Below, piece by piece: positions 49,647 through 59,966 of a stretch of DNA of 64,000 bases (the first letter of the stretch is position 1; every line of letters starts with the position of its first letter). A program made the position numbers and the translations under genes. The DNA is taken from positions 36,503 to 100,502 of the IMG/VR virus record IMGVR_UViG_3300008113_004623. The stretch is one strand, 5' to 3'. This stretch comes from a virus. The notes beneath the pieces are model-generated. The model made no database searches and was not told where the DNA came from. It saw nothing but the letters and a program-made list of their open reading frames with translations.

Positions 49647-50326
49647 TGGATTGTTTCTCCGTTATTTCTTTTTAGTATCTCGTTGACTTCTTCAAAGTGG
49701 CGACAGTCCCACGTACCACCTTTGTATACAGCTGATACAGGATGCGGTGCTAGTAGAACGTAATGTGCACTATGATTTACAAATTGTCTGTATTGTTGAG
49801 CATCTTTACCCCAGAAACAAAAGATAACTCCTGATGAATAATCTGAGATAGCTTTAATTACTGCTTCTGTAAATGGAGCCCATTGTTTTAGGTGTGAACC
49901 TGCCCTAGTATGCTCTACTGTAAGAGCCGCGTTAAGTAAGAATACACCTTGTTGTGCCCAACTAGTAAAATCTAGAGTTTCTGGGCAATCTAAATCGTTT
50001 TTGTACAAACCGTCCTTGAGGTTTTTATAAATCATTCTAAGAGACGGAGGTACAAATTCTTTGTATCTAGGTGCAAATGCTAGCCCACAAGCTACTGGTT
50101 GTCCATTGTAGAGGGTTGGATACGGGTCCATACCAATAATGACGCAGCGTATCTTCCCAAATGGAGTTTCATTAAATGCTCTAAATACTTCGTTGCTGTG
50201 TGGAAATACAGCAGTAACAGATCTTCTCTGTTTAATAAAAGCAGAGAGTTGTTTGAAATAATCTGATTCTACGATGTGCTTGAGTTTACTATACCAATCA
50301 TCTGGTATGTTTAATAGTTTTTCCAT
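49631..50326 (-). CDS. ung: Uracil-DNA glycosylase family 1
   Basis: IGMDPY; GLAF; PPSL; WAQQGVFLLNAALTV; HP. Confidence 0.95.
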   Translation of the reverse strand: MEKLLNIPDDWYSKLKHIVESDYFKQLSAFIKQRRSVTAVFPHSNEVFRAFNETPFGKIRCVIIGMDPYPTLYNGQPVACGLAFAPRYKEFVPPSLRMIYKNLKDGLYKNDLDCPETLDFTSWAQQGVFLLNAALTVEHTRAGSHLKQWAPFTEAVIKAISDYSSGVIFCFWGKDAQQYRQFVNHSAHYVLLAPHPVSAVYKGGTWDCRHFEEVNEILKRNNGETIQWLSS

Positions 50327-50910
50327 TATCTAAGTTGTTCTTCCCATTTAATTAGTTGAATAAATCTAGTGTTCCTACCCATTGTACTCCGCTTGTGTGT
50401 GCGTACAAATGCTTCAGGTACTCTTTTTTGTAGTTCTTCTATGCTTTCTTCAAACAATCTCTTATATCTACCAGGAACACCTAATAAGTGAATATGAGAT
50501 TCTGCTGCATGAATTACTGTTGAGTGGTCCCGCATAAACATTCTTCCTACCTGAACAGTCGAGTAGTCAAAGCAAACATAAAATAAAGCCATAGCTTGTT
50601 TTCTACAATCTGCTACCTCACGTTTTCTAGATATACTCAACACATCATTTAATTCTACTTTGTGTATTCTAACTAATACACTCATAATAAGTAATTCTTC
50701 TGGAGACCAACTATGTAGGATTAATGGTTGTTTTTGTCTTATAACTTTAGTTGTTTTTTCTGTAGGTAAAGTTCTTGTTAGAGATCTTGGCTCTAGTTTA
50801 TTGTCTTTGATGTATTTTTTGTACATCTTTTCTATAACTAAAGGTTCTTTCTTTAAGTTAGGATTTACTAACAAAAATGCTTTAATCACAAATTCTTTAA
50901 TTGTTTGCAT
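50326..50910 (-). CDS. DnaA C-terminal (domain IV) HTH protein
   Basis: SRKREVADCRKQAM..VGRMFMRDHSTVIHA. Confidence 0.8.
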   Translation of the reverse strand: MQTIKEFVIKAFLLVNPNLKKEPLVIEKMYKKYIKDNKLEPRSLTRTLPTEKTTKVIRQKQPLILHSWSPEELLIMSVLVRIHKVELNDVLSISRKREVADCRKQAMALFYVCFDYSTVQVGRMFMRDHSTVIHAAESHIHLLGVPGRYKRLFEESIEELQKRVPEAFVRTHKRSTMGRNTRFIQLIKWEEQLR

Positions 50911-51869
50911 AATTCTAATACTTTTTCTGGACCGTGATCTCTGTAAATGTCGCTAGGGTCTTTACCATAGGCACCGTCATACTGGAAGAATGGGATGTTA
51001 TATTTCTCGCTCATTTTCCTCGCACCTGTGATGCCTGCCTGGTCAGGGTCAAACCATAGCACTAATTGATCGAACCTGTTTTTAAGTAATTCGTAGGCAT
51101 TTTCGGAAATAGGAGTGGTCTCACCCCTAACCGCTACTGCATTATAACCTAAGCCGTGTAAAGTCATCACGTCTTTTAAGCCTTTGGTAATAATAAGCAA
51201 CTGTCCTCTATGCGGAAGTTGTGTGTAGCCTTCCAAAATACCTCCGAAGAAGTTAGTTCTAAACTTTAATTGTTTTTTACGAACTAAGGGACGATATAAT
51301 TTGAATTTATCTTTCTCTTTATATCTGTAACAGGGATCGTCGTTGTTGTTGACGTACCATAAATCGTCATTAATCCAAGCTTTATCTACACGTCTTACGT
51401 CATAGAATCTAAGGATGCTTGGACTAACTCCAAACTGCTTCCAGTAAGCTAAATCTTCTGCTGTAAATCTAGTTAACTTAACTTTGATTGTAGCAGGAAT
51501 CATTTCTGGAATAACAGTCTCTTTGGTTTCGGCTTTAAGGCGTGCTTTGTCTGATAGATTTAAGTTGGTAAGCTGAAAGTCTGACTCTATTTTATATAAA
51601 ACGTCTGGATACTTATAGCCCGTAACCAACATAGCTACATCTATACAGGTATAATACACCTGTTCGGTTGCATAATCTACAAAATATAGATTACCCGAAG
51701 GAAGCCACTTAAAGAAACAACCAGGATTTGAATCGGCTCGCAATGGATTAACGTACCGTCTACCCATAACTATGGGAACGTTTAAATAATATTCCATTAT
51801 CCTTTCTTGTCCAATAATCTTATAGATGTCCTGGACAGTGGGCCTCGTTTCTATTTGATTTAAATCCAT
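50886..51869 (-). CDS. DnaG-like primase (crAss type)
   Basis: NPLRADSNPGC; TOPRIM IITKGLKDVM..FDPDQAG..KDPSD. Confidence 0.85.
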   Translation of the reverse strand: MDLNQIETRPTVQDIYKIIGQERIMEYYLNVPIVMGRRYVNPLRADSNPGCFFKWLPSGNLYFVDYATEQVYYTCIDVAMLVTGYKYPDVLYKIESDFQLTNLNLSDKARLKAETKETVIPEMIPATIKVKLTRFTAEDLAYWKQFGVSPSILRFYDVRRVDKAWINDDLWYVNNNDDPCYRYKEKDKFKLYRPLVRKKQLKFRTNFFGGILEGYTQLPHRGQLLIITKGLKDVMTLHGLGYNAVAVRGETTPISENAYELLKNRFDQLVLWFDPDQAGITGARKMSEKYNIPFFQYDGAYGKDPSDIYRDHGPEKVLELCKQLKNL

Positions 51870-51881
51870 TTCTTATAAAAT

Positions 51882-51912
51882 AAAAAAGGGGGACTGCATA
51901 ACAATCCCCCTT
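51882..51912 (-). terminator. Rho-independent terminator
   Basis: AAGGGGGA/TCCCCCTT stem with T run on the minus strand. Confidence 0.75.
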
Positions 51913-51927
51913 ATCAACAACAATAAA

Positions 51928-52752
51928 CTAGAAATCCAAGAATGGATTAGGAGTTTCAGTTTGTGCAGTCACAGGACTATCTCCAAACATGTTTGCTACT
52001 CCACTCTCTACTTCGTTAGAACTAGGAGCAGACTCCATGTTATATTCTTTTAGGTCAAAGTTACCTTGATAGTCACCTTTATAACCGTACTCGCCAGTTA
52101 CACGAGAAGTTACATAGTCGGTAATTCTGCCGTTTACATTCAAGAAGATGCCTGTAAATACGTCCTGATACTTGCCTTCTTTAATACCCAACAACACCTT
52201 AACACCTTGGTCAAGTTTGTTGAAGTGGTCAAAGAACGCTTGTAATTCAGAACCATTACCTTGAGCAATAGCATTCCAGCTATCAAGTACGAATGGTTTA
52301 GTTTTAGGACTTGCGTTAGCGTAAGCTTTCATCAAGTTATAGATGTTCTCTTCACCTTCCTTTGCTTCACGGATACTCTTCATATCAAGTCTACGAGATT
52401 CATCCCAGGTGCCCATTAATTCACTGGCGTTAGCTAGGTTAGAAGCCCACATAGTCTTGGTAAAGTTATCTATGTATTGTTTTTTGTCGGTTTTAGATAC
52501 ACGAACATCGTTAGATGCCCACATAGCAAACTTACCACGAAACTCTATCTTAGACATAGGATGACTAACAAACCAAAAATCTAAACGAGAGCCTTTCTCT
52601 GCCTCATAGTTTGGTTCTTTAACATCCTCTGTGTTTAAAATTTCACGTAATTTTTTAACGTCTGGGTTAACAGCAATAATTTGGATTGGTGCAAATCCAG
52701 TTACTAGTTTACGACTGGAAGGTTCTCTGGTTTCTAATTCGTTTAAATTCAT
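51928..52752 (-). CDS. Putative single-stranded DNA-binding protein
   Basis: Between ATPase and primase; disordered tail ending NPFLDF. Confidence 0.5.
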   Translation of the reverse strand: MNLNELETREPSSRKLVTGFAPIQIIAVNPDVKKLREILNTEDVKEPNYEAEKGSRLDFWFVSHPMSKIEFRGKFAMWASNDVRVSKTDKKQYIDNFTKTMWASNLANASELMGTWDESRRLDMKSIREAKEGEENIYNLMKAYANASPKTKPFVLDSWNAIAQGNGSELQAFFDHFNKLDQGVKVLLGIKEGKYQDVFTGIFLNVNGRITDYVTSRVTGEYGYKGDYQGNFDLKEYNMESAPSSNEVESGVANMFGDSPVTAQTETPNPFLDF

Positions 52753-52756
52753 AATT

Positions 52757-53509
52757 TTAATTTGTTTCGGGTTGAGTTAATGTTTCTTTTACTTTTTTAG
52801 TTGGGATAGTTGCTACGGGAGCAGGAGTTGCGGTTTCGTCATTGTAATATTGATCTACCATATTACAAACTAATTGAAGATCGTTAGGAATAAGAACTTC
52901 AGGGAACATGTCCATAGGACTCTTCGCTGGATAATTACGGAAACGATTGGTTACAAAGTGATAGGTTGGAATACCATTCTTGTCCTCGTCAATGTGAGTG
53001 TACAAAGCAATAGTAAATAAACCTTCCAATACAATTTGGTTGTCCAATGCTTTACCGATAGTCTTAATCTTTTGACCTACGATTTTACCTTCGTCTTCTA
53101 TGTTCTCAGAGTGAGTAATATAAAATACTTTAAGGTCGTTACGTAATCTACGCGCAGTAGTTAACATGTTAGTTACTTGCTGTGCGAGGTTTGTGAATTT
53201 TGCAAAGCCAACCTCGTTAGCTTTACGCATCATTAAGAATGACATAGAATAGATAGCATCATCCATAATTACATTCTTGATGTGCGGAGCCTTCTCACTG
53301 ATAGTGTTTAGGAGTCCTGTAATTTGTGTGATGTCATCTACTTCCATGTAGTTTTTAGACTCTAGATTGTAGAGTTTCTCTGCTCCCCTGAATGGGAGTT
53401 CTTTGCGTGCGACGTTAATAATAAACGTCTCTTTCGGATTCAATGATTTGATGGAGGTTGATTTCCCTGTACCACTTGGGCCGACGATTGCGATTAATTT
53501 GCTTGACAT
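52757..53509 (-). CDS. AAA_24 / Sak4-like ATPase
   Basis: GPSGTGKS; VIMDD; ITHSE; PAKSP. Confidence 0.88.
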   Translation of the reverse strand: MSSKLIAIVGPSGTGKSTSIKSLNPKETFIINVARKELPFRGAEKLYNLESKNYMEVDDITQITGLLNTISEKAPHIKNVIMDDAIYSMSFLMMRKANEVGFAKFTNLAQQVTNMLTTARRLRNDLKVFYITHSENIEDEGKIVGQKIKTIGKALDNQIVLEGLFTIALYTHIDEDKNGIPTYHFVTNRFRNYPAKSPMDMFPEVLIPNDLQLVCNMVDQYYNDETATPAPVATIPTKKVKETLTQPETN

Positions 53510-53511
53510 GA

Positions 53512-53790
53512 TTATTGATTATTTTTTTTGTAATTCCATCCGTAAAAGATTACGAAGTCTGTGGCCATATTATTGATATCCCTACGGAGTAGCCCTTCCT
53601 TTACTAAATCTTCAATTACATCTGGATTATTTTCCATAAATTCTATAAGCCAATTCTTATAGTTTAATTCTTCTTCTACGGTCCAAGTATGTTTCTCAAA
53701 CCAATTTTTGTCGTCAAAGTTTATTTCTTCTAAACTTGAGCCGACTCTTTTTGCCAATTCTTCAAATACTGTCTTTAAGTTGTCTGTCAT
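53512..53790 (-). CDS. Hypothetical protein
   Basis: 92-aa coupled ORF. Confidence 0.7.
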   Translation of the reverse strand: MTDNLKTVFEELAKRVGSSLEEINFDDKNWFEKHTWTVEEELNYKNWLIEFMENNPDVIEDLVKEGLLRRDINNMATDFVIFYGWNYKKNNQ

Positions 53791-54893
53791 AATTTTGAAT
53801 AATGCTCGTAATATCCTTTTGTAGGATTGTTCATTTCTTCGGGTCTGGGCAATTCTAAATACTCTCCGTTTGCACCATTAAAATATAATCCTACACAAGA
53901 GTTCTCTAAGCCAAAGTGTCGGTCCTTTAAAAACATTAGGGAACGATACTTCTGTCCAAGAATAGATATATCATAACCATTGTGTGCTGGTATGTTATAT
54001 CGAGAGGGATTAAACAAGCCTAATACTACCTCGTAATCTTGCTGTACACCTTTGTTTAAATGCAATTCTTCCAGGGAAGGTTCTAGCATTTCTTCTATCA
54101 ACGCACCTCTGTTAGTGTACTGTGCTCTTTCTGAAGAAGGCGTTTGCTGGTGAACAATGATGTTCGCCATTTTAAATCTTTTTGAAAATAAATCTAAGAC
54201 AATATCTTTTACCATATAGTCAATAGTCTGATACGGAGTAAGGCGCATCTTTGTATCTGCTGCTGTCTCACTTGATAATAGACTGATGTGATCTAAAATA
54301 TAAAAGACCCAATTATCATCTGATTTATAGTGATAAGCTACTGGAACTTGTCTTCCGTTAACTTCTTTGTACTCGTAAGTGCCTATCTCTGGGTTATCAA
54401 AATATGCTCTTACGTGTTTTTGAATACCTGTGGGGTTTCTGATGTAGTCGATAACTTCTACAAAGTCTTGAAGCTGACGAATAAACTTTTCTGCATTCCG
54501 TATCTTCTCCATTAAATCATCGTTTACTGTAAAATTACCGATTGATTTAAGTTGAGATACACTAATTGTTATCTTATATTTCTCATAGAGATACATAGAG
54601 ATAAACGACATCCAGAAATCTGTTTCGCTTTCTTCTAGTGCAAAGTAGAATACTTTAGGTTTAATGTTAGTGCCAAAGGTTCTCTTGAAAATATTTAAGA
54701 TTGTAAAGTATTTTACAAACTTGGTCTTACCTACACCTGAACCTGCTGTAATAGCTGTTATAGAACCACGAGTAAAACCACCGTAGTTTTGTCCTAATCT
54801 ATCAAAAGGAGGCAATATGGAGGTAATCCCGCCAAGTTCCTTGATAGACTTGTTACGCTCAATTTGACTGAGTACATCGTTAAAGCCTAACAT
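53787..54893 (-). CDS. DnaB-like (SF4) replicative helicase
   Basis: AGSGVGKT; FALEE; ILDHIS; HQQ; LKDRH. Confidence 0.88.
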   Translation of the reverse strand: MLGFNDVLSQIERNKSIKELGGITSILPPFDRLGQNYGGFTRGSITAITAGSGVGKTKFVKYFTILNIFKRTFGTNIKPKVFYFALEESETDFWMSFISMYLYEKYKITISVSQLKSIGNFTVNDDLMEKIRNAEKFIRQLQDFVEVIDYIRNPTGIQKHVRAYFDNPEIGTYEYKEVNGRQVPVAYHYKSDDNWVFYILDHISLLSSETAADTKMRLTPYQTIDYMVKDIVLDLFSKRFKMANIIVHQQTPSSERAQYTNRGALIEEMLEPSLEELHLNKGVQQDYEVVLGLFNPSRYNIPAHNGYDISILGQKYRSLMFLKDRHFGLENSCVGLYFNGANGEYLELPRPEEMNNPTKGYYEHYSKL

Positions 54894-55459
54894 TAGATAA
54901 TACTTCTTGAGTTGTAGTTACCTTTACTGCCAGTGTTTCTATACTCTTCACACCAGCTAGCCAAATCGCTTTGTTGTACTCCGTCAATTACCTTAGAAAT
55001 AAAGTAACCACTGTTTCTAATGAACTTGATAGAGCCTGAGCGTTTCAGACTATCAATGTACATATCAGTTGCGGCTAAAATCTCATCTTTAGTGTAGTCA
55101 TAAGTTTGAAGAAACTTGTGCATCTTCTCTAGTGTAGTTTTCTTATCAGTAACTTTACCAGAGAAACCTAAGTTTTGTCTGTTGAACTTTTGTGCAAACT
55201 CTTCTAACCAAGGAATATCCTCTAATACTTTAGGAGCTTTGGTTTTGGGAAGTGTTACACTGGTTTGTTTGTCTTCGTTGACTGTAAGCGCACCTACAAT
55301 CTGAGTTTCTTCTTCTCCTAAATAACTACCTGCATTAGGATGCCAAGAGAATTTAGAATTGGACTCTATCAACAGTCCAATCTCTTTCCATTTTGCTATC
55401 AATCCCTCCTTCTCGCACAGGGCCCATAGCACATCGTAAAACGTTCGTTTCGTTTTCAT
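54893..55459 (-). CDS. Helicase-associated replication protein (hypothetical)
   Basis: 188-aa ORF coupled to the helicase. Confidence 0.6.
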   Translation of the reverse strand: MKTKRTFYDVLWALCEKEGLIAKWKEIGLLIESNSKFSWHPNAGSYLGEEETQIVGALTVNEDKQTSVTLPKTKAPKVLEDIPWLEEFAQKFNRQNLGFSGKVTDKKTTLEKMHKFLQTYDYTKDEILAATDMYIDSLKRSGSIKFIRNSGYFISKVIDGVQQSDLASWCEEYRNTGSKGNYNSRSII

Positions 55460-55661
55460 TAATTTCTTCGTTAAGTTCTTGTTTACCTTGTTGTTCCGCT
55501 GTAATGTTTTGGATATTTTCTGATACAGGGGTTACGAATTTAGCAAAATGTTCTCTTGTTTCCAACTCTTCAATTAACAATTTTTCTTCATAGGCTCTCT
55601 TCATTAAAAAGTAATCAGGATGTGTGTTAAGTGACTCGCCATAATGTTCATATTCTGTCAT
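55353..55661 (-). CDS. Hypothetical acidic protein
   Basis: ATG 55661 (MTEYEHYG); 3' end overlaps the next gene. Confidence 0.55.
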   Translation of the reverse strand: MTEYEHYGESLNTHPDYFLMKRAYEEKLLIEELETREHFAKFVTPVSENIQNITAEQQGKQELNEEINENETNVLRCAMGPVREGGIDSKMERDWTVDRVQF

Positions 55662-55675
55662 AATAATAAGTTTAA

Positions 55676-55700
55676 TAGAAAGGGAGCATTGCTGCTCCCT
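55676..55700 (-). terminator. Hairpin, possible weak terminator
   Basis: AGGGAGCA-TTGC-TGCTCCCT perfect 8-bp stem with a poor T tail. Confidence 0.5.
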
Positions 55701-55701
55701 A

Positions 55702-57081
55702 TTAAATGTAGCCGTACATCTCAGCCCACTCATCTAATGATTGGAAACTGTCGTCAGGTAAAGTATAGATATCTTCTGCGGTAAATTCTAGATGATAACC
55801 ACTTCCACAAGTTTGACACTCCACTACATTAAAAGGAATGTTATACAGGTAATCTTTTACACAGCAAGCATTCATTCCTTTGTGGGGTTTTTCGTTAATT
55901 AATGCGTGTCTAATTTCGTAGTCTTCTAAGTAAAGTTCTTTTTTAGTTTTGGTGTTATAACTTATACTAGTATAAGCTACATAAGCAGATACAGGAGTTT
56001 TACCTGATTTAACTTTAGCTAAAGTAAGATCTCTTTCTGTTACGTCAAATTGCCACGTTATCTCTTCTACACTAGGGAAGTCAGTAAGAACATGGTTTAG
56101 GTCAGTGTACTGTTTTGCTGTTTTACTAATTCCAGTTCCTACTTCATCTACGTCATAAAAAGAATCGCTGAATCTAGTTTGGTCAAGTCTATCTTCAAAA
56201 GCAGAAACCCACGGTTTTGCATAAATTGATTTCTGCTCAACAAACCGAACATAAGGAAACTCTAACTGAAGTTTGTTCTCGAGTAAATAAGATTGAATCT
56301 CATAAACCATAGACATTGCATTAATCATAGAAGGGATGTGAATAACTTCCTCGTCCGTGTGTTCGTTGAAATAACCGCATGCTGTGTTATGAGAAGCAAC
56401 TTGTAATCCAGCTCTACGTAACGCACCTACGTCAGTACAACTACCATTGGCTGGAGTATAGTCATACTTATTCAAGAATGTTTGAATTACATCTACATAA
56501 TGGGTTGGAAATACTTCAACTCCGTTAGTGTGAACAATAAAGTCATTCTGGAAAGAGCGTCTGTCAAGCTGACTTACTAGCAGAGAGTCTTTAAAGAAAG
56601 TCATATCGCAACTACTAGAGCCGATACAACCTCTTTCCTCACCATAAAATAACGCTACTTTACATACAGGAAGACGCTTCAACATCTCAATAGCAAAATA
56701 GATACCGACAGAATCATCTGCACCTATACCACACTGAGTACCTGTAGTAATGTCAAAACCGTATAACCAATCTCCTGCTCTTTGAATAGTAAGTCCTGGA
56801 TGATAGTCTTGAGCAGTGTCATAGTGAGCTACAATAGTAGGATACAAGTCTGAAGTGCCTTTAACAAAATAAAGATTTCCCACCGCATCTTTAGTAGCTT
56901 TTACCCCTGTCAGATTAAAGATAAGCTCAGTCAAAAAATGTGCTTTTTCTTTATTTAGAGCTTCGTTATAGGTAGGGGATTGTTTATACATGATAGAGTT
57001 TAGCGTAGCAAAGTCAACGTGAAAGTCTTCGATGACAGTTCTACCTAGAACTTTATCATAAGATTGATTTAATGAATACAT
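55702..57081 (-). CDS. M20/M28-like Zn-dependent peptidase/hydrolase
   Basis: AHYD; GADD; EERG; QLDRR; TD; EHTDEE. Confidence 0.8.
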   Translation of the reverse strand: MYSLNQSYDKVLGRTVIEDFHVDFATLNSIMYKQSPTYNEALNKEKAHFLTELIFNLTGVKATKDAVGNLYFVKGTSDLYPTIVAHYDTAQDYHPGLTIQRAGDWLYGFDITTGTQCGIGADDSVGIYFAIEMLKRLPVCKVALFYGEERGCIGSSSCDMTFFKDSLLVSQLDRRSFQNDFIVHTNGVEVFPTHYVDVIQTFLNKYDYTPANGSCTDVGALRRAGLQVASHNTACGYFNEHTDEEVIHIPSMINAMSMVYEIQSYLLENKLQLEFPYVRFVEQKSIYAKPWVSAFEDRLDQTRFSDSFYDVDEVGTGISKTAKQYTDLNHVLTDFPSVEEITWQFDVTERDLTLAKVKSGKTPVSAYVAYTSISYNTKTKKELYLEDYEIRHALINEKPHKGMNACCVKDYLYNIPFNVVECQTCGSGYHLEFTAEDIYTLPDDSFQSLDEWAEMYGYI

Positions 57082-57120
57082 GTTTTTAATTTTGATTTTT
57101 TTAATTTTTTCGTTTTACGA

Positions 57121-58902
57121 TTACAATAATGGTGGACTTAAATCAGGTACTTCTTGAGTTTCTTCGACCTCTTCAGCTTCTTCAACCGCATTTACAAGGT
57201 TACTAGGAGCCATTGGGTCACTTGGATGATAATACTTTTCATCAGCTTCTTCGTATTCATGGTGTCCAATAACAAAATAGCCATAGTCGTTCTCATATTG
57301 ACGCAAGTCTAAATGCTCAGAATAGCAGTTTTCTCCGTCTATTAATTCTACAACGTCGGCTTCTAGAACATAGCTATTACTAAATTCACAAAAAACAGCT
57401 GAGCTACTTAAAATATACTCTTGGTACTCTTCAGAGTATTCTACACAGCTAGGACATGAATCTGTTCCTCTACCTGGACCTCTGTCAATCAATACAGCAT
57501 CATCTGGATCTGCCTCGCGATCACAATGAGGACAAGTATATTCTGGGTCTCTGTCATAATTGTTTTCGTAGTTGCCCGTAGTGTCGCTAAGTTCATAGCA
57601 GGGCGTATACTCTCGTTCTTCACAAGTCAAAATACCTAAATCTGGGTAGTAATAACGCATGGTGTCTACATAAGGAAAAGCACCAAAGTCAAGAAACTCA
57701 CTATAAGTTAATTTTACGCTTAAATCGTACTTGTTGTTTACACCTGCAGAATGAGAAGTTCTCATAAACTTATAGCCGTAATTTTCTAGGTAGTTTTCCA
57801 TAAGAGCAAAGAACTCATCGTTATAATAATAAATACGATCGTAGTATTTTACTCCATCAATTTCCCACAGCAAGCAACGTGCGACTACTTTATTGTACTC
57901 ATACAGTACAGCTATCTTAACTTCTGGAAGTTCTTCATATAACTCAAAATAGTTTTGACAAGAAGAGTACCGCATACAAGATTGCCACAGAGTTGCATTG
58001 TTGCTAGGTTTTTTGTAGTTAGCTTCGTAATATGCTTCTCTAAACAAATCTCCGTCTCCAATTAGAAACTGTACATTTTTGTTATTAGCTACTACTAGCT
58101 TAAAGTACTGCTCAGCAAAAATGTTTTTGTCTCTTTCGCTATACTCGTCTTTAAATAAGTTAGTAAGAATCTTATGGATACTTTGGTGATACCGCAAATT
58201 GTAATCCCAGTAAGAGTCTCTAGTTACTTCTTTGAGCCGTCTAAAATACCATTTATCAATAGTTGAAAACCCCCATGTAGTTACCAGTGTTTTATTGTGA
58301 AATTTAAAGTTATAGTGTCGACGGTTTATAGTCTCTATAGAAGAAGGAATAGAATAAACAACGTGCTGGGTGTTAGTTTCTGCATCAAATACTTTGCTTC
58401 TAACTAATTTAATTTCTTTCTTTTCGTAAAAAAACTCTCTACCAAAAGGAATCATTACCTGAAATCTGTTTTCTACAAGTTCTTTTGTACCGTCTTCATG
58501 AACTAACTCGTGTTCTCGTTTTTCATGAACAATAACTTGGGTTCTAGGGACAATATACTTTTCTGTAAATTTCTGGCCTTTTAGTCTTTCAATGCGTTCA
58601 GGGTTTAAGTAAGAAATTTTAGAAAAGTCATCATTAGATAAGCCTAGATAATTAATACAACTTTGAGGAACTCGCGTTAATTTGAGCATGCGGTCGCATA
58701 TTGTTGTAATTAAATTTTCTTCTGGCTGTCTGTTTTTTAGAGTGATGAGTCTTTCTCTCAACTCTTTGGACATGTGAAACTTAACCGTAGGTTCTTTTTT
58801 AGACTTAGCTTTTTCTGGCTTGGTCTTAATAATTAAAGATAAGTTTTCTTCTGTTTTGTCTACTGATAGAAGGTAATCAGGGTCTAGTGGATCAAACGAC
58901 AT
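57121..58902 (-). CDS. Conserved phage protein with SCMR/DRIY/PYxDT core and C-terminal Zn-finger-like repeats
   Basis: WQSCMRY; ARCLLWE; YYDRIY; FPYVDTM; CPHC, CPSC. Confidence 0.65.
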   Translation of the reverse strand: MSFDPLDPDYLLSVDKTEENLSLIIKTKPEKAKSKKEPTVKFHMSKELRERLITLKNRQPEENLITTICDRMLKLTRVPQSCINYLGLSNDDFSKISYLNPERIERLKGQKFTEKYIVPRTQVIVHEKREHELVHEDGTKELVENRFQVMIPFGREFFYEKKEIKLVRSKVFDAETNTQHVVYSIPSSIETINRRHYNFKFHNKTLVTTWGFSTIDKWYFRRLKEVTRDSYWDYNLRYHQSIHKILTNLFKDEYSERDKNIFAEQYFKLVVANNKNVQFLIGDGDLFREAYYEANYKKPSNNATLWQSCMRYSSCQNYFELYEELPEVKIAVLYEYNKVVARCLLWEIDGVKYYDRIYYYNDEFFALMENYLENYGYKFMRTSHSAGVNNKYDLSVKLTYSEFLDFGAFPYVDTMRYYYPDLGILTCEEREYTPCYELSDTTGNYENNYDRDPEYTCPHCDREADPDDAVLIDRGPGRGTDSCPSCVEYSEEYQEYILSSSAVFCEFSNSYVLEADVVELIDGENCYSEHLDLRQYENDYGYFVIGHHEYEEADEKYYHPSDPMAPSNLVNAVEEAEEVEETQEVPDLSPPLL

Positions 58903-58929
58903 AATTTAGTTTTACGATAATGGTTAAAC

Positions 58930-58956
58930 AAAAAAGCCCCGATTTCTCGAGGCTTT
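58930..58956 (-). terminator. Rho-independent terminator
   Basis: AAAGCC..GGCTTT stem with T run on the minus strand. Confidence 0.75.
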
Positions 58957-58973
58957 AATTAAGGTTAATTTAC

Positions 58974-59687
58974 TTAGAGGTTCTTTCTTAAATCCCATTC
59001 AGAGATTTCACCCATTAAATATAGGTTTAATGTTTCTGAGGCTGTATTTACTTTAGATTGAAGTTCTTTGATAGCTTTGTTCCACTCACTCATGTACTTA
59101 TCTTTAAGTCTATCTAAAGCTAACTTCTTTAATTCTTCCATAGGACGTAACTCATCAGCCCATCTAGCAATTAAATACTGATTAGTTTGTGAGTTACAGT
59201 CATTATAAAACAATCCCATAGTCTCAATATAATCTTTTGCCTGCTCTTTAGAGGTAAAGTCATAAGGTGTACTTTCTCTGTTGTAGTAACTACCTTTGTC
59301 TTTATCTTCTTGGGTTTTGTAATAAGTAGCAGAGTACCTAGTAGTTGTTCCTACAGCAATTGGATCTGGTGTTTTATCATCATACCAGATTTTGATATCA
59401 CTAAAATACTTTTCTGATTTACAGAAAGCAAGCTCTCGCATAACTTCTAATGGTATAGGAGTCTTGGAATATTCTTTAAAATCAATTTTAGTAGGACAAA
59501 GTGTACCAAAGATATTCTGCATACTTTGGTTCATGTAAGGGTAGGGAAGTGGAGATTTAGCAGCCTGAACAAACTCCATTTGTTTTTCTAAGCCCATTTC
59601 TGCGGCTAGTTGCTTCCACTCGTCTTGGTCTCCTATTTCTAGGATTACGTTGTCTAATTCTGCGTTACGAAATGATTGGATTGTCAT
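58974..59687 (-). CDS. Conserved phage hypothetical protein
   Basis: LCP..TPIPLEV..IW..PDP..YLIARW. Confidence 0.75.
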   Translation of the reverse strand: MTIQSFRNAELDNVILEIGDQDEWKQLAAEMGLEKQMEFVQAAKSPLPYPYMNQSMQNIFGTLCPTKIDFKEYSKTPIPLEVMRELAFCKSEKYFSDIKIWYDDKTPDPIAVGTTTRYSATYYKTQEDKDKGSYYNRESTPYDFTSKEQAKDYIETMGLFYNDCNSQTNQYLIARWADELRPMEELKKLALDRLKDKYMSEWNKAIKELQSKVNTASETLNLYLMGEISEWDLRKNL

Positions 59688-59690
59688 AGT

Positions 59691-59966
59691 TTAGTCTTTA
59701 TCTGTAGTTTCTTGATAGTCCTTAAAAAATTCAAAAGTAGCCGTCTGAATAATCTCAGCTAAATCAGTGTCGGAAATCATTGCTTGATAAATTGCTGTAG
59801 CTATCTTAGAACGATTACCTTGTATTGTAGCCATAAGTCTAGATTCTCCTTCGGTTTCTGAGGGCTCTACACCAATAAAGAGTAATGTTTCTTCTGAAGA
59901 TAATTCAAGAGACCTTAGTGTGCTGTACGCATCTTCTAAAGCAGACGGATTGGTTGATTTTGTCAT
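59691..59966 (-). CDS. Hypothetical protein
   Basis: 91-aa ORF. Confidence 0.7.
   Translation of the reverse strand: MTKSTNPSALEDAYSTLRSLELSSEETLLFIGVEPSETEGESRLMATIQGNRSKIATAIYQAMISDTDLAEIIQTATFEFFKDYQETTDKD

Noticed and set aside
51160-51200. Primase TOPRIM Glu replaced by Lys (ITKG) as a sign of inactivation
   Set aside because: The remaining acidic motifs are intact, and I recall this variant as common in crAss-type primases; not treated as a pseudogene.
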